From Lunatibacter salilacus (GTDB lineage Bacteria > Bacteroidota > Bacteroidia > Cytophagales > Cyclobacteriaceae), in NCBI RefSeq assembly GCF_009797935.1, contig NZ_VOLC01000004.1, positions 192,820 through 256,819 on the forward strand: a DNA stretch of 64,000 nucleotides. Reading direction: 5' to 3'. The position numbers and the translations under genes are program-made. Below are positions 20,845 to 30,985 of the stretch, piece by piece. Position 1 is the first letter of the stretch. Each line of letters begins with the position of its first letter. The notes beneath the pieces were generated by a model. It was not told the DNA's origin, did no database searches, and saw only the letters and a program-made list of their open reading frames with translations.

Positions 20845-21951
20845 TTACCAAAATTTGATTTTTTCTACGGCCCTGCAAAGCCGCTCAATATCCGCGGGAA
20901 AAACATTTCCGATATGGCCGATCCGAAAAGTCGGTGCTTGGGAAACCTTTCCCGGGTATATAACAAAGCCCTCCTTTTTCAACCCATCGTACAGGTTCTT
21001 GAAATCAAACGCATCTGACTGTGGTTCCAGAAATGCAGTGATAATGGGGGACTGCAACTCAGGAGAAAGAAAGGGTTTAAAACCGATTTTTTCCATTCCG
21101 CTGACTAAAATTTGGTAGTTTTCCCGGTATCGTTTATTTCGTGCAATAACCCCGCCTTCAGCCTCTAATTCAGTCATGGCTTGAAGAAATGCCCGTACAG
21201 TATGGGTAGGGGAGGTGAACCTCCATTTTCCAGCCTGGGTTTCCATACTGTACCATTGGTCATAGAGATCTAATGAATGGCTTTTGGAATTCCCTTTGCA
21301 GGATTCCAATGCATCCCGTTTGGCAATTACAAATCCAAATCCAGGAACGCCCTGTATGCATTTGTTGGCACTGCTTATAAGAAAATCAACGCTACCGTCA
21401 GACAAATCGATGGGGATACCTCCGAAGCTGCTCATGGCATCTAAAATAACTTTTTTTCCCAACGATTTTGCCATTTGGGCAATGGGGAGGTAGTCATTTA
21501 AAATTCCCGTAGTTGTCTCACAATGAACCATACCCACATGGGTGATACTTTTATTTGCGGAAATAGCTTCTTCCACGGCATCCACGGTCGGTCGGGTGGT
21601 TTCTGCAAAGGATAGAACGGTAGATTTAGCTCCCATCATGCTGGCCATTTTGGCCATTCGCTGACCATATGCACCGTTGGAAACAATCAGCAAGTGGCTA
21701 TCGGGTGCTAAACCAGTCCACAACACCGACTCTACCGAAAAGCTACCACTTCCTTGCATAAGCACTGCGGTATATTCCTCCGAAGCGTTTCCTATTGTCA
21801 ATAAACCAGACCGGATCTTTTGGACAATATTGTTGTAATCAGTATCCCAGGTGCACCAATCCCGCAACATGGACTGTCTTACCGTAGGGGTAGTACTTAG
21901 TGGCCCGGGAGTTAGGAGTAGGTAGGGATTATCTAAGTTCATTGAGGTCAT
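20845..21951 (-). CDS. phnW: class V aminotransferase, 2-aminoethylphosphonate--pyruvate transaminase-like (PhnW/AGXT family)
   Basis: LLLTPGPLSTT N-terminus, LISSANKCIQGVPGFGFVIA, GKWRFTSPTHTV, FVIYPGKVSQ; recalled as closely resembling enterobacterial PhnW. Confidence 0.65.
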   Translation of the reverse strand: MTSMNLDNPYLLLTPGPLSTTPTVRQSMLRDWCTWDTDYNNIVQKIRSGLLTIGNASEEYTAVLMQGSGSFSVESVLWTGLAPDSHLLIVSNGAYGQRMAKMASMMGAKSTVLSFAETTRPTVDAVEEAISANKSITHVGMVHCETTTGILNDYLPIAQMAKSLGKKVILDAMSSFGGIPIDLSDGSVDFLISSANKCIQGVPGFGFVIAKRDALESCKGNSKSHSLDLYDQWYSMETQAGKWRFTSPTHTVRAFLQAMTELEAEGGVIARNKRYRENYQILVSGMEKIGFKPFLSPELQSPIITAFLEPQSDAFDFKNLYDGLKKEGFVIYPGKVSQAPTFRIGHIGNVFPADIERLCRAVEKIKFW

Positions 21952-22349
21952 GATTTAGGTTTTTTTAAAGATAAAATATCTTGGATATTATTTCAATTAA
22001 ATGGAAGATCCTTCTATCATAAGTTGGCTTCATGCAGACTGCGCAGAGAAACGAAATTTGGAATGAAGATCGTATAACAGGAATCTCTGTTTGTTTGGTA
22101 AATGTAAACATTGTTTACAATCTCTTAATAGTCGGAATGAAAAAAAGTAGTTGCATATCCTAATTCCTTTTGTGGAATATTAGTCCTCTGATAATGGAAA
22201 ATTAATTAATTACCTATAAATTGGGACGCTGATTATGTTTCACCAAAGAATCAATTAGCAGTTTATCTCGATTTGAAAATTAAAATTTGTCATTCGTTGA
22301 TTTTGTGAATAGTGTTTTTTCAAATAACCCATCAAGTAAACAAAAAACT

Positions 22350-23627
22350 ATGATTTTAACTGACCGAAGATCCTTCATTAAAGGTGCCGCCGCACTTTCG
22401 GCTTTTACCGTATTAAATCCAACTACCGTATTCGGTACCCGAGCCAATTCTGCCATACGCGTCGGAATTATCGGCTGTGGCAATAGAGGCACATCAGTGA
22501 TAACAGCCATGTCAAAGCATGCTGGCATTCAGATTGTTGCAATGGCTGACTTGTTTTTGGACAAGTTAGAGCAAGCTAAGCCTAAGTTGGATGCTTTAAA
22601 CGAAGCCAATGGATTTGCAGCTATCCCTGCTGCAAATTCATATCAAGGCTCCAAGGCATATATGAAGCTTTTGGAAAATAAGGACGTTGATGCGGTTCTC
22701 ATATCTTCTCCGGCTTATACCCATCCTGAATTTGTTGAAGCAGCCATAGCGGCAAACAAGCATTTTTATTGCGAAAAACCCGCCGCAATGGATGTTGCCG
22801 GATGCAAACGGATATCAGCAGCTGCAAAGTCGATCAAAGACTGCAGTGCTGTTTTTGGGTTTCAAATTCGCTATGCAACTCCCTATGTTGAGTTGATAAA
22901 GCGCATTCATGAGGGAGCCATAGGAGATGTTGTCAATGCCCAGCTATATTATTTTTCCTCCGGCCTTCCTGTAAATCAGACACCGGAGATGTCACATGAT
23001 GAAGTACGAATACGGAACCAATTTTTCTTCAGGGACCTTTCCGGAGGTATCTTACTTGATCAGGGGGTACATATGCTGGATGTGTGCAATTGGGCACTTC
23101 GGATCCAGCCTATCAGTGCCATCGGAATGGGGGGGTATAACGGAGGAGATGGATTCGGGGATGCCTTCAAAAATTACCAGGTTATCTATAAATACCCTCA
23201 GGATATTAGTGTCAGCTTTCATTCTACCCAGTTTGGCGGGACTTTCGGCGATGTCTGTGCGCGGTTTATCGGCAAAAAGGGCATTGCTGTTGCGACCTAC
23301 AGTGGTGGGGTTTATATCAATGGGGAAAATACCTGGGATTCAGGAGTACTAAGAGAAACTACCAGTGAAGCCAGCCGGGAACAGCAGGCCGCAGGCGTAT
23401 TTACCTCTTCCCTACATGATTCCAATGAGAATAAGGTAAAAAGCTTCATCCAGAGTATTGAAACCGGTAAATTTATAAATGAAATAGAACCTGCCGTTAA
23501 CTCAACACTTACAGCGATTCTGGGAAGACAAGCCGCCACAACACAAAAGGCGGTAAGTTGGAATGAAATGCTTTTCTCCAATGAAAGTATTGACCCCAAG
23601 TTGGATCTGGGGCAATTTGATTCCTAG
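22350..23627 (+). CDS. Tat-exported Gfo/Idh/MocA-family NAD-dependent oxidoreductase (GH109-like architecture)
   Basis: Start at ATG 22350 (MILTDRRSFIKGAAALSAF twin-arginine signal); VGIIGCGNRG Rossmann motif. Confidence 0.7.
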   Translation: MILTDRRSFIKGAAALSAFTVLNPTTVFGTRANSAIRVGIIGCGNRGTSVITAMSKHAGIQIVAMADLFLDKLEQAKPKLDALNEANGFAAIPAANSYQGSKAYMKLLENKDVDAVLISSPAYTHPEFVEAAIAANKHFYCEKPAAMDVAGCKRISAAAKSIKDCSAVFGFQIRYATPYVELIKRIHEGAIGDVVNAQLYYFSSGLPVNQTPEMSHDEVRIRNQFFFRDLSGGILLDQGVHMLDVCNWALRIQPISAIGMGGYNGGDGFGDAFKNYQVIYKYPQDISVSFHSTQFGGTFGDVCARFIGKKGIAVATYSGGVYINGENTWDSGVLRETTSEASREQQAAGVFTSSLHDSNENKVKSFIQSIETGKFINEIEPAVNSTLTAILGRQAATTQKAVSWNEMLFSNESIDPKLDLGQFDS

Positions 23628-23660
23628 ATTTAAAACACGAACACCCTTAACTTGTAACAA

Positions 23661-25814
23661 ATGCCCCGTAAAATTTTGCTTGGGTTCATCGTTGGTTTTT
23701 TAATTTCAGCAACTTTATCTGCCCAGCAAGCCTGGGAAGAAGTGGCACCTGGAATCTGGAAGACGATCGTTGGAAATCCGGATGATTTTAATCTGTTAAC
23801 TGCCGCTGGAGTTTCCCCGAAGCTGGATGGTCTCAAGAAAATGCCCGCAGGGGTTTTTCCTTTAGACCCATCCCAAATCGTTCTCGAAGTGACGGAAAAT
23901 CAAACGCAACTTCGTTTTCCCCTACAGCGGGATGAACAGCTTTTTGGGTTTGGTTTAAATTTTAAAACTGTCCATCAACGGGGAAGGATCCTCCGACTAC
24001 ATGTCGATCATTATGGGGACGGCGATAATGGGCGAACCCATGCGCCGGTGCCTTTTTACGTGTCATCTGCAGGCTATGGGGTATTTGTCAATGCTGCACG
24101 CTATATTGATGTCTATGCAGGGACAGGATCCAGAAAGGACAGTCCAAATCCTCCCGAAGCAAGAGACCGAAATACGGATAATGCCTGGACCTCCCGGCCC
24201 TATTCGGATGCCGTGGAAATGCGCATTCCTGCCCAAGGGGCAGAAGTGTACCTATTTGCAGGCCCCACGTCTTTGGATGCTGTCCGTAGATACAATCTAT
24301 TTACCGGAGGTGGCCCTTTGCCTCCCCGGTGGGGGCTTGGATTTACCCAGCGGGTTCACAGGCTATTTACTGACGATCAAGTGCGGGAAGAAGTCAGGGA
24401 ATTTGAACAACGAGGATTTCCCCTTGATTTTGTTGGATTGGAGCCGGGATGGCAAAGTAAATCCTACCCAAATACCTTTGTTTGGGATTCGGGGAGATTT
24501 CCGGATCCGGAGGGATTTATGGCTGACATGATGGACAAGGGAATCCGGATTAATCTATGGGTCAATCCCTTTGTTTCCCCCGATTCCCCGATTTATAAAG
24601 ATATTCTTCCCCTTACCGGCTCCCATACAGTTTGGGCTGGGGTGGTTCCGGATTTTACTCTTCCCGCAGCCCAAGAGATATTTTGGAAACTATTTGAATC
24701 AGAACACATCGCCAAAGGAGTAAGTGGGTACAAAGTGGATGAGGTAGACGGATACGATCAATGGCTGTGGCCGGATGTTGCCAGATTTCCATCCGGGATT
24801 TCTGCAGAACAAATCCGGCAGACCTATGGACTACTAGTTCAAAAGCAAAGTGCAGCGCTTTTTAGAAACAAAAATCAACGTACCTATGGCTTGGTACGGG
24901 CATCTAATGGTGGTGGAACCTCTTTTCCTTATGTGATTTATAACGATTATTACAACCATCGGGATTTTATCACCGCACTGATAAACAGCGGATATGCGGG
25001 TGTTCTATGGACTCCCGAGGCAAGGGCTTCCAAAACTGCCGAAGAATGGCTTCGGCGGATGCAAACAGTGGTTTTTTCTCCTATGGCCATGATCAATGCC
25101 TGGGCAAGTGGCACCAAGCCATGGTCTTACCCGGAGGTAGAAGAGGAAGTTAAAAGTATGGCCTTGCTCCGTATGCAGATGATGCCTTACTGGTATTCTG
25201 AATTTGCCAAATACCATGCTGATGGAACACCGCCATTTCGGGGAATGAACTTGGAAGAAGGTTTTTCAAGTAGTAATCAGCAACTAACAATTGCGGACGA
25301 AGAAGCCGATTTGGAGGCAAACCCCTATGCTGAAGCCATCCGAAAGGAAGTGAAAGATCAGTATATGGCTGGCGAATATTTACTTGTTGCGCCGATGTTT
25401 GAAGGTGAAACCACCCGCAGCGTTGTATTGCCAAGTGGAAAGTGGTTTGATTTTTATACCGGAGAATTGGTAGGCGAAGGAGAGGTAATTTCGGTAACTC
25501 CGGGGTTGGAAAGGATTCCAGTGTTTGTCAAAGACGGTGGAATTATCCCGATGACTGAAGCTAGACTCCATGCCCCTGCCAAAGGAGAAAAATACAACTT
25601 GGAAATAAGACATTATGGCGAAAAGCCTGGTAATTACCTGCTCTATGACGATGATGGAGAGTCTTTTGACTATGAGAAGGGTGATTATTCCTGGAGGAAG
25701 TTGTCAGTTTCTGATCAGAGAAATGGTAAATTAACCGGGAGCGTATCAAAGGCTGAAAAGGATAAACCCGACAACCTGGATCAGATCACATGGAGATTTA
25801 TGACTAATCAATGA
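23661..25814 (+). CDS. glycoside hydrolase family 31-like alpha-glycosidase, secreted
   Basis: Signal peptide; FVWDSGRFPDPEGFMADMMDKGIRINLWVNPFV matches the GH31 FTWDxxRFPDP...G.K.V.I.DP block; putative nucleophile region GYKVDEVDG. Confidence 0.6.
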   Translation: MPRKILLGFIVGFLISATLSAQQAWEEVAPGIWKTIVGNPDDFNLLTAAGVSPKLDGLKKMPAGVFPLDPSQIVLEVTENQTQLRFPLQRDEQLFGFGLNFKTVHQRGRILRLHVDHYGDGDNGRTHAPVPFYVSSAGYGVFVNAARYIDVYAGTGSRKDSPNPPEARDRNTDNAWTSRPYSDAVEMRIPAQGAEVYLFAGPTSLDAVRRYNLFTGGGPLPPRWGLGFTQRVHRLFTDDQVREEVREFEQRGFPLDFVGLEPGWQSKSYPNTFVWDSGRFPDPEGFMADMMDKGIRINLWVNPFVSPDSPIYKDILPLTGSHTVWAGVVPDFTLPAAQEIFWKLFESEHIAKGVSGYKVDEVDGYDQWLWPDVARFPSGISAEQIRQTYGLLVQKQSAALFRNKNQRTYGLVRASNGGGTSFPYVIYNDYYNHRDFITALINSGYAGVLWTPEARASKTAEEWLRRMQTVVFSPMAMINAWASGTKPWSYPEVEEEVKSMALLRMQMMPYWYSEFAKYHADGTPPFRGMNLEEGFSSSNQQLTIADEEADLEANPYAEAIRKEVKDQYMAGEYLLVAPMFEGETTRSVVLPSGKWFDFYTGELVGEGEVISVTPGLERIPVFVKDGGIIPMTEARLHAPAKGEKYNLEIRHYGEKPGNYLLYDDDGESFDYEKGDYSWRKLSVSDQRNGKLTGSVSKAEKDKPDNLDQITWRFMTNQ

Positions 25815-26063
25815 GTTGATAGGTCTATGGGTTGATAAGTTGATGAACTCTCTTAGTCTCTCAGTCCCTAAGTCCCTCCGTCCCTCAGTCTCCAAGTAGG
25901 TTGATAGGTTGATAGGTCACAGTCCCTCCGTCCCCATCTCTCAGTCACTGCCGCCTCCCGTCTTCAAACTTCCGTCTCCAAGTAAGATGATGGGTTGATT
26001 AACTCAATAACCTAATAACCTAATAACTTAACTCCCTTAGTCTCTAAGTCCCTCCGTCTCTCA
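25815..26063. repeat. composite short tandem/direct repeat block between convergent genes
   Basis: gttgata(g/a)gt x4; agtccctccgtc(c/t)c x4; aataacct x3. The last agtccctccgtctc copy encodes the C-terminal DGGT-stop of the 1618-aa gene. Confidence 0.5.
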
Positions 26064-29000
26064 TACCATTACTCAACACCTTCTTAATCCCTTCCAGCCC
26101 TTCTACAAAAAGGGACATCTGTCCGATCACCTGAGCCATTCGATCGGAATCGCCAAGTCCGCGGATCCGGTTGTTTTTCACGAAAGTTTCCTTGATGGTT
26201 GTCCATCGATTGGATCGGGTTTCGTCCAGCAGGTTCATCATCTCGAAAAGCTTCAATAAGTTGGACTCTGCATCCGAGGTCAGGGTTTGGGATTCGTTTT
26301 GGTAATGATCTAAAACTAACTGCATAACTTCCTTATCATTCAAAATAGGGACCACTTGGCTGATTAGTTTGTTCATGTCCCGGTACGAACCCTGAAGCTT
26401 AAAGGGTGGCTCAACCCGGTAATCGTCGGCCATTGCCGCGGAGGCAATATATTGGGCATTCACTTGAAGCACCACATCCCTGACCATTATACATTTCCTA
26501 AGGACAGAAAGGCAATCCTGTATTTCCTGCGAAGATAGGTTTCCTTCCAGATTGGGATAGTTGGGATCTTCATTTTCAATAAACTGTACCAATTTGTACA
26601 AATTTTCAATTCCATATTGCGTGAGCGATTTGAGGATAGGGTTGGAGGTAAGGCCATTTTCGATCAAGCTGAGTTTAAATAGGTCTGCCCGGTTGTTAAC
26701 CATATCCCCCAAATTGTAAATATCCGCCCTGTTGGAGAGCATATCCGGAATTTGGAACTTGTCACCGCTTTCGGTGTACGGATTTCCAGCCATTACCACA
26801 CAAAAGCGCTTTCCCCGAAAGTCATAGGTTTTGGATTGTCCATTAAATACACCTTCTATTTTTCGCTGTCCATCTGCTAGTGAAATGAATTTTTGTAAAA
26901 ATTCGGGATTACAGTGCTGAATGTCATCCAGGTAGAGCATGACATTGTCACCCATTTCCAAGGCGAGGTTGAGCTTCTGAAGTTCCTGCCGGGTAGCGGC
27001 ATTACGGGCTTCAGCGGGATCCACAGAAGTGATTTCGTGACCAATGGAAGGTCCATTAATTTTCATAAAGATCAAACCGAGTCTGTCAGCCACATATTCC
27101 ATCAGGGTGGTTTTTCCATAGCCGGGAGGGGAAATCAGCAATAGCATGCCTGATCGGTCAGTGCGTTTGTCGGCGCCAAATGCCCCCATTTGTTTGGCAA
27201 AATTGGTTCCGATAAGCGGCAAATACACTTGGTTAATAAGTTTGTTACGGACAAAAGAAGTCAATACCTGAGTTTGAAATTCATGAAGCCTTAATTCGCT
27301 TTTCTTTTGTTCGATCAGTTGGTGCTTTAATGCCTGAAGCCGTAGATATTTCGGGTGTACTTCTCCTACGAATCGCCTAAGACGAGAGGTGAATTCGTGG
27401 TAGTCGAAATGGTATTTTCCTTCCCCGTCTTCTGAATGTATACCAATGGATTTGACAGATTTTATTTCTTGTTGCGAGGAAATATGCTGCACGTAGTGCG
27501 TATCCGGGCTTTCCATAATCAGGCAAGAAGCGGCTTCTTCAATTATTTCTTCCCTGACTCCTGGCCGCTTTTTAGCTGCTGATGCCTGCATCCATTGTTT
27601 GCACAGGTGCCACTCTGCCGCGGGAAAGTCAGCGAGCCCTTTTTGGGCCTCTAAAAAAGTGGATTCTGAATTTTTCTCCCTTAAGTTTTTTCGAAAATCC
27701 TCCAGAAGTTCCTTTGCTGACCTTTCCAAGATAAATCCATCCGTGGCTTGTTCTACCGCTAAATACTTTGCGGCTTCCAAGGAATCTATTCCTTCCATTA
27801 ATTTATTTTGGACGGAAAATTCCTTTATAGCCTCACTTAAACTTTGGATAAGATGTGTGTATTCTTGGGTATGCTCGAATACCTGCCGCATCAAATTGAC
27901 AAAGACAAATTGCTTTTTGAAATATGCTTTTTTGTCAACATCAACATAATGCCAGAATAATTTAGCCAAGATACGGGTCTTTGCGGGAAATTGTAACAGG
28001 CCTAAATCTTTGGTTTTTTCAATCAGGGTTTGTAAAAGCAGTAGGGCATCCTGATCGTGAACACCTTTAACATACCCCTCGCCATAGTGGTTGGTCATGT
28101 ATTCACTTATTTTCTCTACGAGATCATCTTCGGTGGGAAGATCATTGGGATTCAGCTCTTGAAATACCTTCCATGCAAGATATTCGGCCCGTTGAACATC
28201 TTTGTTTTCGGATGGGAGTTCCTGCTCCCAAACTTCCCGAAGATCATCGATGGCTGCCGCATCCATGGCTTCATAGTATGAAGTGCCAGTAAGATGGTAA
28301 TAATATTGCCTGTCCCTGATTAGAAGGGTAAGGTCCAGTTTTTGGTTATTTACGGCGAAACGAACATCCCCCATCCGAATAATGTTATTTCCATCTTCGT
28401 AGAGTTCTTTTTTATCTTTAAGTGCACGGATTGCCTCCTGCTGCAGCACTTGAAGCTGATTGAGCAAGTCTTCTGATTTTCCGGCGTCATCCAACTGCTG
28501 TAGGTTCTTGGCGGAGTCACGAACTTTGTCAATCATCAGATCTGAGGCAAAGTATCCGTTGATTTCAATTTCAGACTCGAAGGTCGCCGCCTTGGATTGA
28601 ATACCCTTTAGAATTCGCTGACCAGCCGCAAAAAGTGAATTCGTCCTCCTGTTTCGTGCTTCTGTTAGGGAAACTTTTTTGGATTCAAAAGCCGCATATA
28701 CTGCTTCTCTTTTTTCCGTGATCTTATCGATGAACTCATCGAAATCGACAAAACGGCTTTCGAGTTCTTCCAACTGTATGGAGAGTTTTGTCAGGTACTC
28801 GTCACATTTGACGGGATCATTGGCCAGGTCCAGGTAGTTGACTATAGCCTGCTCAAAGAGTGTCAACTGGGCGGAAAAATCGGCCCGAGCCTCCCGTTCC
28901 CCCAGTTGCCGCCGTTTATTGTTAAGTGCTACCCGCTTTTGGTTGAGTTGCGCAAAAATGACCGATATGTTTTCTATGATCTGAGTGCTGTGGGAGGTAT

Positions 29001-30900
29001 CTTCTACTTTTAGGTTGTTAACAATTTCTATCAACAGCTCCAACTGACGGGAAAGTTCGTCAAAGTCCTTTTCAAGATTTTTTACATCAATTACTTTAGT
29101 AAGTTTTTGGACTTCGGTTCCCAGATAGTCCATACGCTCCTGATAGTAGGAAAGTGCATTTTCCTGCAATAAAAACTGCACACAAGCATCCGCCAAATCG
29201 TCTGCTCGGCTAGCTATACTTTCTTCCAGTTTGGCCACGGCCTCCATGTCAATGTACCGGAGGCTTTTCAGCCCAATAATCTCCCCACGGAGCTTGCGTA
29301 ACTTGGAAAGCAAAGAAACATATTCCTCTAATGTGTCATAACTAGCTCTACGGGTATCAAACAAAATTTTATTCACATCAGTGGTAGCCTTTTCAAGGTT
29401 TTCCGTTGTGTTTTTTCGAATTTGAACTACCTTTTCAAACTCATCTATTGCCGACAGGGCAATTTCTTTTACCTGCTGCAAGGGCTCATGGAGACTGCCA
29501 GCCCGCTGGTTATTGAGCCAGAAGTAGCCGTCCGTAATGCTTTGGCTCTTTCGTTGGATATCCTCATACAACCCATCGTAACTGTCCTCTTTGGTAAGCA
29601 AAACAATCAATTCCTGTATTTCAGCCATGGCCCTTACAATGGGCCTATTACCTATTTTATACAGTTCATGGTTTTTGAATGCCTCATTGGGGATTAATTC
29701 CTTGGAATAAGGCGTTTGCCAGATTTGGATAAGATGGTGTTTACTCGGTGCGATTTCCGTATTGAAATAGCACAGCTCCCCATTTCCAAATAACGTGTAT
29801 CCATTGCAGAAAATCGGAGTCTTTACAGTCTGCTCAATAACGTTATAAGAAAGTATGACGAAATCATGATTCTTTTCTTCATAAAAAACAAACAAAAAAT
29901 CCTCCCCATTGGGAGATTGGATTTTCCGAAGGAATTTTACGCCTTCAATTTTCCTGTCAAATAGTTTGTATTCACCTGTCTGCAGGTAATAGCCATTCGA
30001 AAGGATAATTCCCTGATCATCGGGTAGCAGAATTCCCGCATCCTTAAGGGTATCTACGCGGATCACATTTTTGATGCGGTGGTTGAATATAAAAAAACGG
30101 TCGCTTTCCAAATAGGGACGGATCTTCAGAAGAACTAAATTTCCCAAATCACAAAAGTGGATTTCCGCATCATCCAGCGATTGATCCCTTTGGTCCACTT
30201 CTTCTTGGTAGATCCCCTGACCGTTATCTGTGTTATCTTCCACTTTGATGGTGAGGTCACCTCCCAATGTCTCTACGAAGACTTTGTCCGCAATGGAAAC
30301 GTGTGGATTCTTGCCGACTCGCTGCATATCCCGTGTGGCTTTAGTCCAAGTAAATTCATGTTGAGGGGGAAATCGTACGTCGGCAGCACTTCTGGAATCA
30401 ACATAGATTAGTTTTTCACCGTCAATAAGCCACTTAAATGCTTTGATATCAGACGGGCTGTCTGAAAGCTGAAAAACAAAGTACAGGTAATTCAGATGGA
30501 TGGTAAATCTGGAAAATTGCGTGTTCCTGTAGAATTTATACAGGTTTTGAAGTTCGTTGGCAAACTCAGAATCTGATAGGATATCGATAGGAGCATGGTG
30601 AAACTCGTGGTCTTGGAAATGATACACACTGAAGACATCGGGAATTTCCAAGGTGGACTTGAGCCCCAGCCTTACATTGTATCCTAAAAGGCAAATGTTT
30701 CCAACCGACACAATGTCCCTGGCTACGCAGTTATGGTCGGTACTGATCCGTACATTGGAAAGCAGCTTAAAATCCACAGCCCCGAAAATCTGCTGACGTT
30801 CCTTGTTCAGGGTTTGAATCCTCGTGAGAAGTTCTTGGCGTTGGTGCTGAAGCCGTTGTTGAATGATTTCATAAGTACCCCTTTCGATCGTATTATCCAT
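26044..30900 (-). CDS. 1618-aa coiled-coil protein with C-terminal MoxR/AAA_5-like AAA+ ATPase domain; function unknown
   Basis: Residues ~1-400 are beta-rich and globular; ~450-830 are a heptad-rich coiled coil. Walker A SPPGYGKTT is at 27106-27123 (checked on the DNA), Walker B MLYLDD at 26923-26937, sensor-1 VVMAGNP, and MLSNRAD (MoxR LxxRF-like). It is the last gene of the PspA/flotillin operon. Confidence 0.7.
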   Translation of the reverse strand: MDNTIERGTYEIIQQRLQHQRQELLTRIQTLNKERQQIFGAVDFKLLSNVRISTDHNCVARDIVSVGNICLLGYNVRLGLKSTLEIPDVFSVYHFQDHEFHHAPIDILSDSEFANELQNLYKFYRNTQFSRFTIHLNYLYFVFQLSDSPSDIKAFKWLIDGEKLIYVDSRSAADVRFPPQHEFTWTKATRDMQRVGKNPHVSIADKVFVETLGGDLTIKVEDNTDNGQGIYQEEVDQRDQSLDDAEIHFCDLGNLVLLKIRPYLESDRFFIFNHRIKNVIRVDTLKDAGILLPDDQGIILSNGYYLQTGEYKLFDRKIEGVKFLRKIQSPNGEDFLFVFYEEKNHDFVILSYNVIEQTVKTPIFCNGYTLFGNGELCYFNTEIAPSKHHLIQIWQTPYSKELIPNEAFKNHELYKIGNRPIVRAMAEIQELIVLLTKEDSYDGLYEDIQRKSQSITDGYFWLNNQRAGSLHEPLQQVKEIALSAIDEFEKVVQIRKNTTENLEKATTDVNKILFDTRRASYDTLEEYVSLLSKLRKLRGEIIGLKSLRYIDMEAVAKLEESIASRADDLADACVQFLLQENALSYYQERMDYLGTEVQKLTKVIDVKNLEKDFDELSRQLELLIEIVNNLKVEDTSHSTQIIENISVIFAQLNQKRVALNNKRRQLGEREARADFSAQLTLFEQAIVNYLDLANDPVKCDEYLTKLSIQLEELESRFVDFDEFIDKITEKREAVYAAFESKKVSLTEARNRRTNSLFAAGQRILKGIQSKAATFESEIEINGYFASDLMIDKVRDSAKNLQQLDDAGKSEDLLNQLQVLQQEAIRALKDKKELYEDGNNIIRMGDVRFAVNNQKLDLTLLIRDRQYYYHLTGTSYYEAMDAAAIDDLREVWEQELPSENKDVQRAEYLAWKVFQELNPNDLPTEDDLVEKISEYMTNHYGEGYVKGVHDQDALLLLQTLIEKTKDLGLLQFPAKTRILAKLFWHYVDVDKKAYFKKQFVFVNLMRQVFEHTQEYTHLIQSLSEAIKEFSVQNKLMEGIDSLEAAKYLAVEQATDGFILERSAKELLEDFRKNLREKNSESTFLEAQKGLADFPAAEWHLCKQWMQASAAKKRPGVREEIIEEAASCLIMESPDTHYVQHISSQQEIKSVKSIGIHSEDGEGKYHFDYHEFTSRLRRFVGEVHPKYLRLQALKHQLIEQKKSELRLHEFQTQVLTSFVRNKLINQVYLPLIGTNFAKQMGAFGADKRTDRSGMLLLISPPGYGKTTLMEYVADRLGLIFMKINGPSIGHEITSVDPAEARNAATRQELQKLNLALEMGDNVMLYLDDIQHCNPEFLQKFISLADGQRKIEGVFNGQSKTYDFRGKRFCVVMAGNPYTESGDKFQIPDMLSNRADIYNLGDMVNNRADLFKLSLIENGLTSNPILKSLTQYGIENLYKLVQFIENEDPNYPNLEGNLSSQEIQDCLSVLRKCIMVRDVVLQVNAQYIASAAMADDYRVEPPFKLQGSYRDMNKLISQVVPILNDKEVMQLVLDHYQNESQTLTSDAESNLLKLFEMMNLLDETRSNRWTTIKETFVKNNRIRGLGDSDRMAQVIGQMSLFVEGLEGIKKVLSNGMRDGGT

Positions 30901-30985
30901 AGCAGATTAAACGTGAAAATGAAAAAAACTCTTTAAAGTGGGAGAGGATTAAATTCCCTCCCCCGGAAAATTCCTATTTAAAATT

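Noticed and set aside
25815-26063. Possible CRISPR array (also considered for 63477-63720)
   Set aside because: The repeats are 8-14 bp or irregular ~48-bp units without uniform-length unique spacers. No cas genes are nearby.
26044-30900. Giant protein as an SMC/Rad50/RecN-type DNA repair ATPase because of the long coiled coil
   Set aside because: Walker A and Walker B are ~60 residues apart in one contiguous C-terminal domain rather than split between N- and C-terminal heads. There is no ABC signature (LSGGQ). The motifs fit the MoxR/AAA_5 clade instead.
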